Source: Nitrososphaerota archaeon
GTDB lineage: Archaea > Thermoproteota > Nitrososphaeria_A > Caldarchaeales > Calditenuaceae
Direction of reading: 5' to 3'
Assembly: GCA_041641295.1 (NCBI GenBank)
Contig: JBEPYO010000001.1
Location: forward strand, 960,001 to 1,024,000
Length of the DNA: 64,000 bases
Position numbers and translations under genes: made by a program. The notes under the pieces were generated by a model. That model saw only the letters and a list, made by a program, of their open reading frames with translations. It was not told where the DNA came from and ran no database searches. Numbering within the stretch: position 1 is the stretch's first letter; each line of letters starts with the position of its first letter. Positions 9,804-19,228 of this stretch are shown one piece after another.

Positions 9804-10565
9804 GTGGTTAAGCTGTTTGGCGGCGTGGCATTGGTTAGGCCGGAGGAGTCGAGCGACGTCGAGGAGACAGTCAGGCGGATACTGGAGAGGCATCCGAACG
9901 TTAAGGCGATACTGAGGTACTGGGGGGTGGAGGGTGAGTATAGGAGGCCGAGAATAGAGGTTCTCTGGGGCGCCACACCCGACTCAATAGTTTATCGAGA
10001 GTATGGCGTGGAGTTTGAGCTCGACCCCGCCAGCCTGATGTTTTGTCTTGGAAACAAGTTTGAGAGGATTAGAACCGCTGCCATGGTCAGGAGCTGGGAG
10101 GTGGTCGTAGACATGTTTGCAGGCGTGGGACAGTTCAGCATCCCGATAGCCTACCACGCCAGGCCCAAGAGGGTATATGCAATCGAGATTAACCCAGCCG
10201 CATACGGATTTCTCGTCAAGAACATTGAGAGAAACAAGGTCTCGGAGATAGTTGAGCCCCATCTCGGAGACTGCAGGGAGGTTGCCAGGCAGATAGGTCA
10301 GGTAGCGGACAGGGTCATCATGGGGTATCTCCACGACACAGTCAGCTTCCTCCCATATGCACTGGGTATGCTCTCACCCGCTGGAGGAATAATTCATCTC
10401 CACAGCCTAGCCGTGAGGGGGAGAGAGGATGACCTGGCAGCCAACGCCCTATCCACTGCCGAGAGGCTGGGATACAAGGCGAGGCTCCTAGGCCGGAGGG
10501 TCATTAAGAGCTACTCCCCATCAAAACTCCACATAGCCGTCGAACTCTTCGCCATCAAGCAGTAA
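9804..10565 (+). CDS. Trm5/Tyw2 family SAM-dependent tRNA-modifying enzyme, probably Taw2 (wyosine aminocarboxypropyltransferase)
   Basis: MFCLGNKFER, VVDMFAGVGQF, AIEINP, DRVIMGY, IIHLH; start moved to GTG 9804 after a TATA near 9770 because the ORF-track 5' part overlaps ybaK. Confidence 0.8.
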   Translation: MVKLFGGVALVRPEESSDVEETVRRILERHPNVKAILRYWGVEGEYRRPRIEVLWGATPDSIVYREYGVEFELDPASLMFCLGNKFERIRTAAMVRSWEVVVDMFAGVGQFSIPIAYHARPKRVYAIEINPAAYGFLVKNIERNKVSEIVEPHLGDCREVARQIGQVADRVIMGYLHDTVSFLPYALGMLSPAGGIIHLHSLAVRGREDDLAANALSTAERLGYKARLLGRRVIKSYSPSKLHIAVELFAIKQ

Positions 10566-11448
10566 GCACAGCCCTGATGAGCGTGAATTCTTTAAGACTC
10601 TCAATAACTTTCGACAACGCCACAAACAATGTATAGACCCGGCAATCTTCCACCCCTCTGCCTGTCAAAACCTCCTCCACCTTCTCCCCCACCCTCTCTA
10701 ACGCCTCATAATCACCGCCGATGGCGTCTGTGAGCTCGGAGACAAGCGTAGCAAAGGTCTCGACCAAATGTGAGAAGCCTCCCCTGCCTACAGTCGCAAC
10801 ATCTTCAAAAGCCTCGCAGAGGTCTAGCATCCGGGCTGAGACCAAGCTAGCTAGTGGAAGGGCTCGAACTACCAAGTCTCTAGAGGGTTTTGTTATCAGC
10901 CCCGAGGCGTATCTGAAGAGGGCGAGGGCGTATAGGCGGCAGTCGGCCAGCTCATCTGGTAGAGAAGCGCTGTCCCCAGAGCCCACATTTTTCGCAGCCG
11001 ATTGGGCGGCTGAGACAAGAGTCGTCAAAAACACCCTGATGCCTTGTTCTAGACTTGCGAAGACCTCGTCAGAGAATGAGGCCAGAACCTCGTTCTCGCT
11101 GGGGGCGGTGGCGATGAGGCCGTGAACCTCCCCCCTCATCCTCCTAAGCCTACCAATAACCTGTTGAGTTGGACCGCGGGTCCTAAACCTCACCTGACCC
11201 ACACCGATCTTATACAAGGCCCTAGTCAACTCCTCAAGCCTCCCCACACCTATTACGTCCAACTCCACATCCACTAAAGGTCCGACAGCCCTCTCCCCCG
11301 GAACAACTATCAGGAGCCCCGGCTCCGTGAGTAAGAAAACACTAGACCCTTTACCGAGCCCCAGCTCCTCCACCCAGTCCTTCGGGAGTGTCAAAACATA
11401 CGAGCTTCCCCGGAGTTGCTGTAGCCTCCTCTCCTCAAGCCTTGGCAT
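10555..11448 (-). CDS. AbrB/MazE N-terminal domain regulator, PhoU-like (divergent)
   Basis: ERRLQQLRGSSYVLTLPKDWVEELGLGKGSSV, the AbrB-type N-terminus of archaeal PhoU regulators. Confidence 0.75.
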   Translation of the reverse strand: MPRLEERRLQQLRGSSYVLTLPKDWVEELGLGKGSSVFLLTEPGLLIVVPGERAVGPLVDVELDVIGVGRLEELTRALYKIGVGQVRFRTRGPTQQVIGRLRRMRGEVHGLIATAPSENEVLASFSDEVFASLEQGIRVFLTTLVSAAQSAAKNVGSGDSASLPDELADCRLYALALFRYASGLITKPSRDLVVRALPLASLVSARMLDLCEAFEDVATVGRGGFSHLVETFATLVSELTDAIGGDYEALERVGEKVEEVLTGRGVEDCRVYTLFVALSKVIESLKEFTLIRAVLTA

Positions 11449-11599
11449 GCAATAACTATTCTTGCACCAGTGTTATAACGCTTATCCCGCGACAAGCCCT
11501 AACCCACAGAGGCTAGGATACCAAGGTCTCAATACATCAAGCTATGAGAAAACTTTTCTACCCTTCTAAATAAAAAATTCAGGTTAACGGTGGCTTAGA

Positions 11600-11734
11600 C
11601 TATACTTCCTCCTCTTCCTCTAACTCCTCCTCTTCCCACTCTTCTTCCTCCCACTCTTCCTCCTCTTCCTCGAAGTCTTCCTCCCACTCCTCCTCTTCTT
11701 CCCACTCCTCTTCAGAGAACCTGATGTGGCTCAT
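11600..11734 (-). CDS. 44-aa hyperacidic Glu/Trp microprotein (absent from ORF track)
   Basis: MSHIRFSEEEWEEEEEWEEDFEEEEEEWEEEEWEEEELEEEEEV*; GGTGA SD at 11741-11737; TTTTATAT TATA at 11775-11768; T-run downstream; mixed GAA/GAG codons. Confidence 0.75.
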   Translation of the reverse strand: MSHIRFSEEEWEEEEEWEEDFEEEEEEWEEEEWEEEELEEEEEV

Positions 11735-11887
11735 AATCACCGTGCCTGAAGCTCACTAATCTCCTGAATATAAAAGTATTGTGAGCCAGTAGAACCGCGA
11801 AGGACGCCAGAATTAAAGCCTTATCCATTCTATCGGCCTAACGGCCAGCGCAACATACACCGTGCGCCATGCCCTTGGCCAAACCAT

Positions 11888-12757
11888 CTATCTCCACTCC
11901 CTAGGATACCTCCAGTCAGACCCATGCGATCTAGCACTGAGCCTGAATATCTCGGGCAGCTGCCTCTTATGCTGTGTCTGCTTCACCATTCTCATGACCT
12001 TATCCACAACCTCTCTATCAATCCCTAGGCGTGATGCGACCTCCTCCTCGCTGAGCCAAGCGTCAAACCTGAGATATAGGATGCTGTCGAGCAGGTCGTA
12101 TGACATCCCCAGCTCAGCCTCTGCGGTTTGTCCAGGCCAGAGGGCTGGTGATGGCGGCTTCACGATAATCTCTTCGGGGACACCAAGGTATCTTGCAAGC
12201 TGCCTGATCTGGGTCTTGTAGAGGTCGGCGAGGGGCATTACATCCACTCCCGCGTCCCCGTACTTCGTGAAGTAGCCTATGGTTAGCTCCGACTTGTCGC
12301 TTGTGCCTATGACGAGGCAGTTATGCTTCGCCGCCTGTGCGTGGAGTATAATCATTCTAACCCTCGCGGCTATGTTTCCGACTATGAGGGGGTTCTCGGC
12401 CCTGAGCCTCTCAGCGAATGCTCTCACAATGTCGTCGATGTTTATCAGCTCGTAGTTGTCCTCAGGTATTCCAAGCTCTTCTATTACTGTCTGGGCAAGC
12501 CGTATGTCGTGTTGCGGCGTGGCCGATGTTGGGAGAATATAGCAGAAGAGGTTCTCGGGCTTTAGTGCGCGGGCCGTGAGATAGGCGGCGGTAGACGAGT
12601 CTATCCCACCACTCAGACCTATAACCCCTCCCCGCCTACCAGCGTACTCGAAGACATAGTGTCTGAGCCTCTCACAGAGGTAGTTGGTAACCCTCTCAGC
12701 ATCGATCTCCAACTCTTTGATTGGGATACTCACCCTAGTGGCCAATTCTCCCTTCAT
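11888..12757 (-). CDS. nadE: NAD+ synthetase (synthetase subunit)
   Basis: GLSGGIDS PP-loop, GNIAARVRM, GYFTKYGD, DLYKTQ, KPPSPALWPGQT. Confidence 0.96.
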   Translation of the reverse strand: MKGELATRVSIPIKELEIDAERVTNYLCERLRHYVFEYAGRRGGVIGLSGGIDSSTAAYLTARALKPENLFCYILPTSATPQHDIRLAQTVIEELGIPEDNYELINIDDIVRAFAERLRAENPLIVGNIAARVRMIILHAQAAKHNCLVIGTSDKSELTIGYFTKYGDAGVDVMPLADLYKTQIRQLARYLGVPEEIIVKPPSPALWPGQTAEAELGMSYDLLDSILYLRFDAWLSEEEVASRLGIDREVVDKVMRMVKQTQHKRQLPEIFRLSARSHGSDWRYPREWR

Positions 12758-12809
12758 CCAACGATTCCAGCCTCAGCGGGCTTAAAAATATGCCTATGTG
12801 AGAAAGTTT

Positions 12810-13646
12810 CTAGAGCTTAGATAACGCGTGATGGAACTCCCTGAGGTGCATCCTGAAAGAGCTGAACCTTCTCGCCCTCGCGTTTTCTGAGAGGTCTATC
12901 TCGCAGATTTTAAAGTCCTCCTCCATGGTTTTGCATTTGGCCAGCTCTACACCGTTTGGCCCCACAATCCTTGACCCTCCCCAGAAGAACTCCTCATCCT
13001 CCGGCCCAGCCCTATTTACGAAGACCACGTGAACTGCATGCGTCAGTGCGGTTGCATTTAGTATCGAAGTCCATGCGTGGTCGATCCACGGCCTACCCTC
13101 CACTGGACTATTCAGTCCCCGAAGAGGAGATGATGCTATACAGATAAGCACCTCGGCCCCCAGTCTTACGAGGGCCTCAGCAGGCTCCGGATGCCAAAGG
13201 TCCTCGCAGATCAAGACTCCAAACCTGTCATCAAAGATTTTGAGGTCCCTGAGAGGGTCGCCGGGCATGAAGTAGCGCGCCTCCTCGAAGAGTCCGTAGG
13301 TCGGCAGATAGAATTTCGGCACTACACATTTTATCTCTCCATCGCCTATGATGGCTGCCGCGTTTTGTATGATGCCCGGCCTAACCTCTCTAACCATCCC
13401 TATTACTGCGTGAATGTCGCGGCAGGCCCGTTTAATCTCCTCTAGGGCTTTGCTACAGGTGTGGGGGACCTCGTAGGCGACGTCTTTCAGCAAGTAGCCT
13501 GTCAGCGATAGCTCGGGGAAGACGATTAGGTCCGCTCCCTCCCTCCGTGCCCTCTCGATATACTCTATATGCTTCTCCTTATTCGCCTCGATGTCGCCTA
13601 TTCGTGTCGAGACTTGCGCGAGAGCTATCTTAACTCTTCCGGACAC
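12810..13646 (-). CDS. nitrilase-family amidohydrolase, probable glutaminase subunit of NAD synthetase
   Basis: E-K-C triad (FPEL, PKFYLPTYGLFEEARYF, ICEDLW); directly upstream of nadE; start GTG 13646. Confidence 0.85.
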   Translation of the reverse strand: MSGRVKIALAQVSTRIGDIEANKEKHIEYIERARREGADLIVFPELSLTGYLLKDVAYEVPHTCSKALEEIKRACRDIHAVIGMVREVRPGIIQNAAAIIGDGEIKCVVPKFYLPTYGLFEEARYFMPGDPLRDLKIFDDRFGVLICEDLWHPEPAEALVRLGAEVLICIASSPLRGLNSPVEGRPWIDHAWTSILNATALTHAVHVVFVNRAGPEDEEFFWGGSRIVGPNGVELAKCKTMEEDFKICEIDLSENARARRFSSFRMHLREFHHALSKL

Positions 13647-13752
13647 CGATATGTAACAACGTAAACCAATATAAAGCATATACTACCTGCGGAGCTGTGC
13701 ATAAGCTCGGGATGGTTTAAGAGCCGGTGATGCCCTCTAGCCTGAAAAGCAC

Positions 13753-14565
13753 TTGAACAGCCGGGTCATTCTAATTTCAAGGGCCGACAGCTCGTCAATG
13801 CTGGTCAGGAAGTGTCTTGTGGAGAGGTTTGGGTTTGAGCCCGTTCAGACGTCGGGTGTGGAGATGCTGCGCGGCCGCCCAGTCTCAGCGATAGTCGTCG
13901 ATAAACACCACCTCTACCTCGAGGAAGAAGAGATACTGGGGCTCGGCGCAGACCTCATCGTAGTTGCCTCCTCTCATAGGTCTGAGAGTGGGCAAAAAGC
14001 CCTCACCACGCATGCAACCGGCAACTGGACTGGTGATGTGAGCATGGGAGGCAGACCGCGCGCACTATCCCTAACACTAGCCGGCGCCATTAGGGCGGCC
14101 TACAACTCTCTTAGACGCGGTATCGAGGAGAACAGCAGTCTGAGGGACTGGTGGGTGGGTCTCGAGGTAACGCACCACGGCCCCTACTCGCCCGTACCGA
14201 TGGTTTACGTTGAGTTCGGTGGCCCTGTCGAGGCCAGGGCTGACGAGAGGGCGGCAGAGGTTGTCGCTGGAGCGTGTATTGAGGCCTGTCTTGCGGGGCC
14301 GTCAAGGTCTGCTGCCATAGGTGTGGGTGGAGGACACTACGCACCCACCTTCACCCGGCTGATGAGTCTCGGCGAGTATGACTTTGGACATATACTCCCA
14401 AAATACTTCATTCCTGAGGCGGTCGACCTTTTGGGGGAGGCTGTTAGGAGTGTTGTTGACGGATGTGGTGTGGCGGTTATTGACTGGAAGGGCATCCAAG
14501 GTCAGTATAGGGGGCTTGTGGTTGAGAGGCTCCAGCAGCTTGGTGTCGAGATAGTTAAACACTAA
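13753..14565 (+). CDS. dtdA: D-aminoacyl-tRNA deacylase (archaeal DTD2/GEK1 type)
   Basis: SSHRS, LTTHATGN, EVTHHGP, GVGGGHYAP.F, GHILPKY, IDWKG. Confidence 0.9.
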   Translation: MNSRVILISRADSSSMLVRKCLVERFGFEPVQTSGVEMLRGRPVSAIVVDKHHLYLEEEEILGLGADLIVVASSHRSESGQKALTTHATGNWTGDVSMGGRPRALSLTLAGAIRAAYNSLRRGIEENSSLRDWWVGLEVTHHGPYSPVPMVYVEFGGPVEARADERAAEVVAGACIEACLAGPSRSAAIGVGGGHYAPTFTRLMSLGEYDFGHILPKYFIPEAVDLLGEAVRSVVDGCGVAVIDWKGIQGQYRGLVVERLQQLGVEIVKH

Positions 14566-14641
14566 AACTTCTGCATAGAGTGCCCTGTACCGGCATCTTT
14601 AGTCCATAAAAGATTTTAATGTATTATGTTATGGAAATGGT

Positions 14642-15823
14642 TTAATCTACTTCCTCGTGGGCTTCTTTCTTCTTTGCGGCTGGTGCCTTCGCGGTTGGCT
14701 TCTCCTCGTATGGCTTAAACCTCGGCTTCAATGTCTCTAGGATTGAAGGTAGTGTGGTGTACTCCATCTCCTCGTGGCCGAGGCGTGCAGGCTCAAACTC
14801 ACCCATCGTCCTCAGATAAATCGCCAGCTCGGCTGCCTTATGCCTCACATAGTCCCAGAATGGGTCGGCGAACAGGTCTGCAGGCTCTTCACCGTCAACA
14901 CCTATCAGCTTGCCGTTACTCACCTGCCAGCCCATCGCAATCACCCTCGGCGGACCATCAAAGTACGAGACGACGTTCTGCCCATTCTTGAACGAGACAG
15001 GCATCAGTGGACCTCTATGCGAGCCTCTCATCCATCCACTCACTATCGGTGGAACAGCGAAGGCGGCCAGTATCTCTCCTACTGCGGGGAATCCGGACTG
15101 AGCCCTAACCACAAGCACCGGGTCATCCTTGCCCACATAGCGCCCAGCAATCAGACTCAGCCTCGTAGTGCTGGCTGCGGCTGCGGGCTCTCCATCAGCG
15201 GCCCGCCTGACGCGGGCCACGGCGTAGCGGCCAGGGGTCCCAAGCAGTCCAAGGAGCATGTAGAGCTCCTCGGGGGTCTTCAGCTCCACAATCTGGCTCT
15301 CGTATAGGTCGAGGACCTCGAAGATGAAGCCCTTCTGGAGCTGTGGGTCGATGACTAGGCCTGCCGTGTTGTCGGGTGAGGCGAATATCCTGTAGAGCGG
15401 TAGGTTCCAGGCGCCTGGCTCGGTCTTGTCGGCTGCGAAGACTACTACGGGGTCCGATCTCCTCTCCTCGAACTCTATCTCGGCAACGCCTGGGCCGAGG
15501 CCTCTCACGTTGCCGCTAAAAGCGTCGCTTAGCAGGTCTTGGCCGGCTCCGTAAAGCTTCATAGGCTTTGCCACGTTTTCGGTTATCTCTTTGAAGATTC
15601 TCCAAGCGAGGCCGTGAATCTCAGCATCATTCTCACCCCTATTATGTGTCATGACTAGTATTATGTCGTCTCCTGCGTGGGTTACGTATCCGCTGTTGAT
15701 GAGACCTGTTGTCTTGGCCTCATTCAGCTTCTTCTGGGCGTAGCGCAGCATCTCGTTGTGTGGCTTGTAGTGCCCGGATACGCTTCCGACATCCGCCTTA
15801 ATGACGGAAAGAGTTGTCTTCAA
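14642..15823 (-). CDS. fbp: fructose-1,6-bisphosphate aldolase/phosphatase (class V)
   Basis: SVIKADVGS, LYGAGQDLLSDAFSGNVRGLGPG, DKTEPGAWN, YVGKDDP, GWMRGSH, EMEYTTLP; start TTG 15823. Confidence 0.97.
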   Translation of the reverse strand: MKTTLSVIKADVGSVSGHYKPHNEMLRYAQKKLNEAKTTGLINSGYVTHAGDDIILVMTHNRGENDAEIHGLAWRIFKEITENVAKPMKLYGAGQDLLSDAFSGNVRGLGPGVAEIEFEERRSDPVVVFAADKTEPGAWNLPLYRIFASPDNTAGLVIDPQLQKGFIFEVLDLYESQIVELKTPEELYMLLGLLGTPGRYAVARVRRAADGEPAAAASTTRLSLIAGRYVGKDDPVLVVRAQSGFPAVGEILAAFAVPPIVSGWMRGSHRGPLMPVSFKNGQNVVSYFDGPPRVIAMGWQVSNGKLIGVDGEEPADLFADPFWDYVRHKAAELAIYLRTMGEFEPARLGHEEMEYTTLPSILETLKPRFKPYEEKPTAKAPAAKKKEAHEEVD

Positions 15824-15950
15824 CCTATTTTCAACCTCTTTTTCGGCACTAGGGCGGACGTGGCTCAATTTTAGTTTTCCCCCAATCCTCGGTGGATGGT
15901 GGCTGAAGACTGGGCGATACACTCATTTACCCGCCGCTAGTCCTGATAAG

Positions 15951-16970
15951 ATGTTGAAAGCAGTAGTCCTTGAGCGGTACGGACCGCCTGAGGTTCTCGA
16001 GTATAAGGATGTGGCAGACCCAGTGCCGGCGGGGGGAGAGGTGCTTGTCAGAGTTGCGGCAGCAGGCGTCAACAGGGTCGACGTGTGGATTAGGACTGGG
16101 AAATACCAGGTAAAGCTCCCCCACGTCTTGGGGGTTGACGTTGCTGGCGAAGTTGTCTCTTCGACGGCACCAAACCTCAGGAAGGGTGATAGGGTAGTGT
16201 TGTTCCCCGACATGCCCTGTGGCAAGTGCAGATACTGTCTAACTGGGCGCTTCCAGCTCTGCAGGAACGGCTCAAGGCTCGGCTCTACACGTTGGGGAGG
16301 GTATGCGGAGCTGGTGGCTGCGCCTGCATCGACAGCAATTCCCCTCCCGAGTGGGGTCAGCCTAGAGGAGGCCGCCGCCCTCCCAGTAAACTATTCAACG
16401 GCTTGGAGGGCACTGGTCACGGATGCTGCCGTCGGTCCGGGGATGTGGGTTCTAGTTGTTGGTGGTAGTAGTGGGGTTGGTGTGGCTGCTACGCAGATTG
16501 CCCGCCTGTCAGGGGCAAGGGTGATATCTGTTGTTGGGGATGACTGGAAGGAGGAGCGTGCCTACAAGGCCGGCGCGGACTATGTAGTTAACCGCAACAA
16601 GAAGGATGTGGTTGAAGAGGTTTTGAAGACGACGGGCGGCGAGGGTGTGGACGTAGTACTAGAAATGGCTGGGACTCCTTTCTGGGAGAAGGCCCTACAA
16701 TGCCTCGCGCCAGGCGGCACACTCGTAGTGGTGGGCGCGACAGCAGGCGACCAAGTCTCATTCAACGTGAGGCCCTTCTTTAGAAAATACCAGCGGATAA
16801 TCGGGAGCGGTGTAGGCACTCAAGGCGAGTTTCTCAGAATCATAGAACTCTTCTCCCAAGGCAAGCTCCGCCCAGTTATCGATAGAGTCTTCAGCCTCAA
16901 GGATGCGGCCGAGGCCCATAAGAGGTTGGAGGCCGGCGAGCACTTCGGGAAAATATTGTTGAAGCCATAG
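15951..16970 (+). CDS. zinc-binding alcohol dehydrogenase / quinone oxidoreductase (MDR family)
   Basis: MLKAVVLERYGPPEVL, PHVLGVDVAG, CGKCRYC, GGSSGVG, HFGKILL. Confidence 0.9.
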   Translation: MLKAVVLERYGPPEVLEYKDVADPVPAGGEVLVRVAAAGVNRVDVWIRTGKYQVKLPHVLGVDVAGEVVSSTAPNLRKGDRVVLFPDMPCGKCRYCLTGRFQLCRNGSRLGSTRWGGYAELVAAPASTAIPLPSGVSLEEAAALPVNYSTAWRALVTDAAVGPGMWVLVVGGSSGVGVAATQIARLSGARVISVVGDDWKEERAYKAGADYVVNRNKKDVVEEVLKTTGGEGVDVVLEMAGTPFWEKALQCLAPGGTLVVVGATAGDQVSFNVRPFFRKYQRIIGSGVGTQGEFLRIIELFSQGKLRPVIDRVFSLKDAAEAHKRLEAGEHFGKILLKP

Positions 16971-16971
16971 A

Positions 16972-17841
16972 ATGTTGGAGAAGGTGTCTGAGATAGTTTT
17001 TGATAGGCGGGGCGGCTCCTCCCAGATAGCAGTGAACCTCCTCAGCTATCTGGCGGAGGCTGCGCCTGAGGGGGAGCCTGACGTCGTCAGATTTTTCCTC
17101 GAGGAGCTGTATGCGACTGTCCTTAAACGGAGGAGCCTCATAGCACCGATAAACCTCGTCAGCATCCTGAAGCAGGCCTACACCACCTCGCTGGGGGAGA
17201 GCGAGACTAGGCCATATTTGCGGGAGATGATACGTGGGCTGCTCCGAATGTATGAGGCGGTCCTCGAGGCTGCTTTGAGGGCTGCTGAGAAGAGGCTTGC
17301 ACAATACGACACAATACTCACGCTCAGTAAGAGCTCACAGGTGATATCGACGTTGAAGAGGATTGCACCTCGCGAGACTAGGGTCTTGGTGGGCTGGCCT
17401 CTAATGGATGGTCTAGCAGCCTATAGAGAGCTCAAGGCCGCAGGCATAAACACCGTCCTACTCCCCGACCTCTCAATCCATGAAGCCCTCAAAGACGTTG
17501 ACGTCCTTCTGCTGGGATGTGATGCGGTGTTACCTGACGGCTCAGCCGTCAATAGGTCCGGCTCGCGCATAGCAGCACTGGCCGCCCACGAGGCCGGGGT
17601 CCCCACACTCATAATCTGCGACTCAACCAAGCTCGACATAAACAATCTATGGACAGCAGAGAAGTGGAGCCTAACAGTTGAAGGGGCTACGGTAGAGTTC
17701 CAAGTATTTGAGAGAATCGACTCCGGTTTAGTTACAGAGTATATCTCGGAGCTCGGCTGCCTCGCTCCAGCCCTCTTTGTAGATGCGGCAAGGGAGGAGG
17801 TGGGTTCTTGGCCGAGAAGGCTAACCGCCCAGCAGCGATAG
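16972..17841 (+). CDS. eIF-2B alpha/beta/delta family protein
   Basis: DRRGGSS, ILTLSKSSQV, LLGCDAVLPDGSAVNRSGS..AALAA...GVP, FERI. Confidence 0.8.
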   Translation: MLEKVSEIVFDRRGGSSQIAVNLLSYLAEAAPEGEPDVVRFFLEELYATVLKRRSLIAPINLVSILKQAYTTSLGESETRPYLREMIRGLLRMYEAVLEAALRAAEKRLAQYDTILTLSKSSQVISTLKRIAPRETRVLVGWPLMDGLAAYRELKAAGINTVLLPDLSIHEALKDVDVLLLGCDAVLPDGSAVNRSGSRIAALAAHEAGVPTLIICDSTKLDINNLWTAEKWSLTVEGATVEFQVFERIDSGLVTEYISELGCLAPALFVDAAREEVGSWPRRLTAQQR

Positions 17842-17878
17842 GTTTAGCTCAAAGCCTAGAGCCTCTGGAGGATTAGAC

Positions 17879-18502
17879 GTGGAGAAGGTCTACTACGTTA
17901 GTGTAGGACCCCTGAGAAGTAACTCCTACCTGCTTGTCGACGGTGGCAGCGGCGAGGCTGTGATCATAGACGCGGGCGACGAGCCTCACAAAATACTTGG
18001 AATGCTCAGGACCGGCGTCAGGGTCAAGAAGATAATAGCGACGCACGGGCATTTCGACCACGTCCTAGCCGTGGATGATATTAGAGAGGCTCTCGGGGTT
18101 GAGTTTCTAATCCACCGCGCAGACCAAGCAGTGCTAGACATCCTGCCCCAAAGCACCCTCCGGGTCCTTGGAGTAAGCCTGAAGCCGCCTAGGCCTGACG
18201 GCTACTTGGAGGACGGTGACACAATCCAAGTCGGGGGGCTGCAGCTAAAGATTATCCACACGCCGGGACACTCACCCGGAAGCTCCTGCCTCCTGACAGG
18301 CAAGACCTTGTTCAGCGGGGACACACTCTTCCAAGGCACAATAGGCAGGACAGACATACCACTGGCAGACCCCCAGAAGATAATAGAGTCGATAAAATCG
18401 AAGCTATACACCCTACCCGACGACACTCTTGTATATCCGGGGCACGGGCCATCCACAACTATAGGCTATGAGAGGCGGAACAACCCGTTCGTCAGGGCAT
18501 GA
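17879..18502 (+). CDS. MBL-fold metallo-hydrolase (glyoxalase II-like)
   Basis: THGHFDHV, HTPGHSPG, FSGDTLF, YPGHG. Confidence 0.92.
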   Translation: MEKVYYVSVGPLRSNSYLLVDGGSGEAVIIDAGDEPHKILGMLRTGVRVKKIIATHGHFDHVLAVDDIREALGVEFLIHRADQAVLDILPQSTLRVLGVSLKPPRPDGYLEDGDTIQVGGLQLKIIHTPGHSPGSSCLLTGKTLFSGDTLFQGTIGRTDIPLADPQKIIESIKSKLYTLPDDTLVYPGHGPSTTIGYERRNNPFVRA

Positions 18503-19224
18503 AGCCCCAAGACCAGCCTGAGAAGAGACTGGCCGAGATAAGGGGCAGGATAGTCTCATGCACTAGGTGTCCCAGACTCGTGAGGTACAGGCAGGAGGTT
18601 GCGCGACACCCTCCAAAGAGATACGCGGCCGAGACCTATTGGGCCAAACCCCTACCGGGCTTCGGAGACCCTAACGCCTCCATCCTCGTAGTAGGCCTAG
18701 CACCTGCAGCGCATGGAGGAAATAGGACGGGCCGAATGTTCACTGGGGACAGCGCCGGCAACACTCTAGTCAGAGCCCTCTACGCAAACGGTCTGGCAAA
18801 TATCCCCCACTCGGTAAGCCGCGACGATGGGTTGAGACTGACCAGGTGCTTCCTGACAGCTGCCCTACGATGCGTTCCACCACATAATACGCCGCTTAAG
18901 GAGGAGCTGGAAAACTGCTATGGATATCTAAGCGAGGAGTTCGATGTGCTTGGAGGGGTAAAAGCAATTGTGGCGCTGGGAGGACTGGCATTCAGCACGT
19001 CTGTGAGACTCCTACGGGATAAGGGATTCACACCAGAGGGTGGTAGACCCGTATTCAGACACGGCCAAGTCTACAAATTTACTCAGGGGCAAGGTGGACG
19101 CATTGTCTGGCTACTTGCGACATATCACCCGAGTAGGAGGAACACGCAGACACGACTATTGACCCAGAAGATGTTAAACAACGTGTTTAGACGAGCAGCT
19201 AGGCTCGCAGGTGTTAAAACATAG
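18499..19224 (+). CDS. uracil-DNA glycosylase family 5 (UdgB type)
   Basis: CTRCPRL Fe-S motif, GLAPAAHGGNRTGRMFTGD, YHPSRRNT. Confidence 0.92.
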   Translation: MKPQDQPEKRLAEIRGRIVSCTRCPRLVRYRQEVARHPPKRYAAETYWAKPLPGFGDPNASILVVGLAPAAHGGNRTGRMFTGDSAGNTLVRALYANGLANIPHSVSRDDGLRLTRCFLTAALRCVPPHNTPLKEELENCYGYLSEEFDVLGGVKAIVALGGLAFSTSVRLLRDKGFTPEGGRPVFRHGQVYKFTQGQGGRIVWLLATYHPSRRNTQTRLLTQKMLNNVFRRAARLAGVKT

Positions 19225-19228
19225 CTGT

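Noticed and set aside
11475-11486. ATAACGCTTATC identical upstream of both AbrB-PhoU genes (also 20313-20324)
   Set aside because: AACGCTTAT also occurs as a plain BRE-TATA elsewhere (about 56403-56413, minus strand), so it is most likely core promoter sequence rather than an operator
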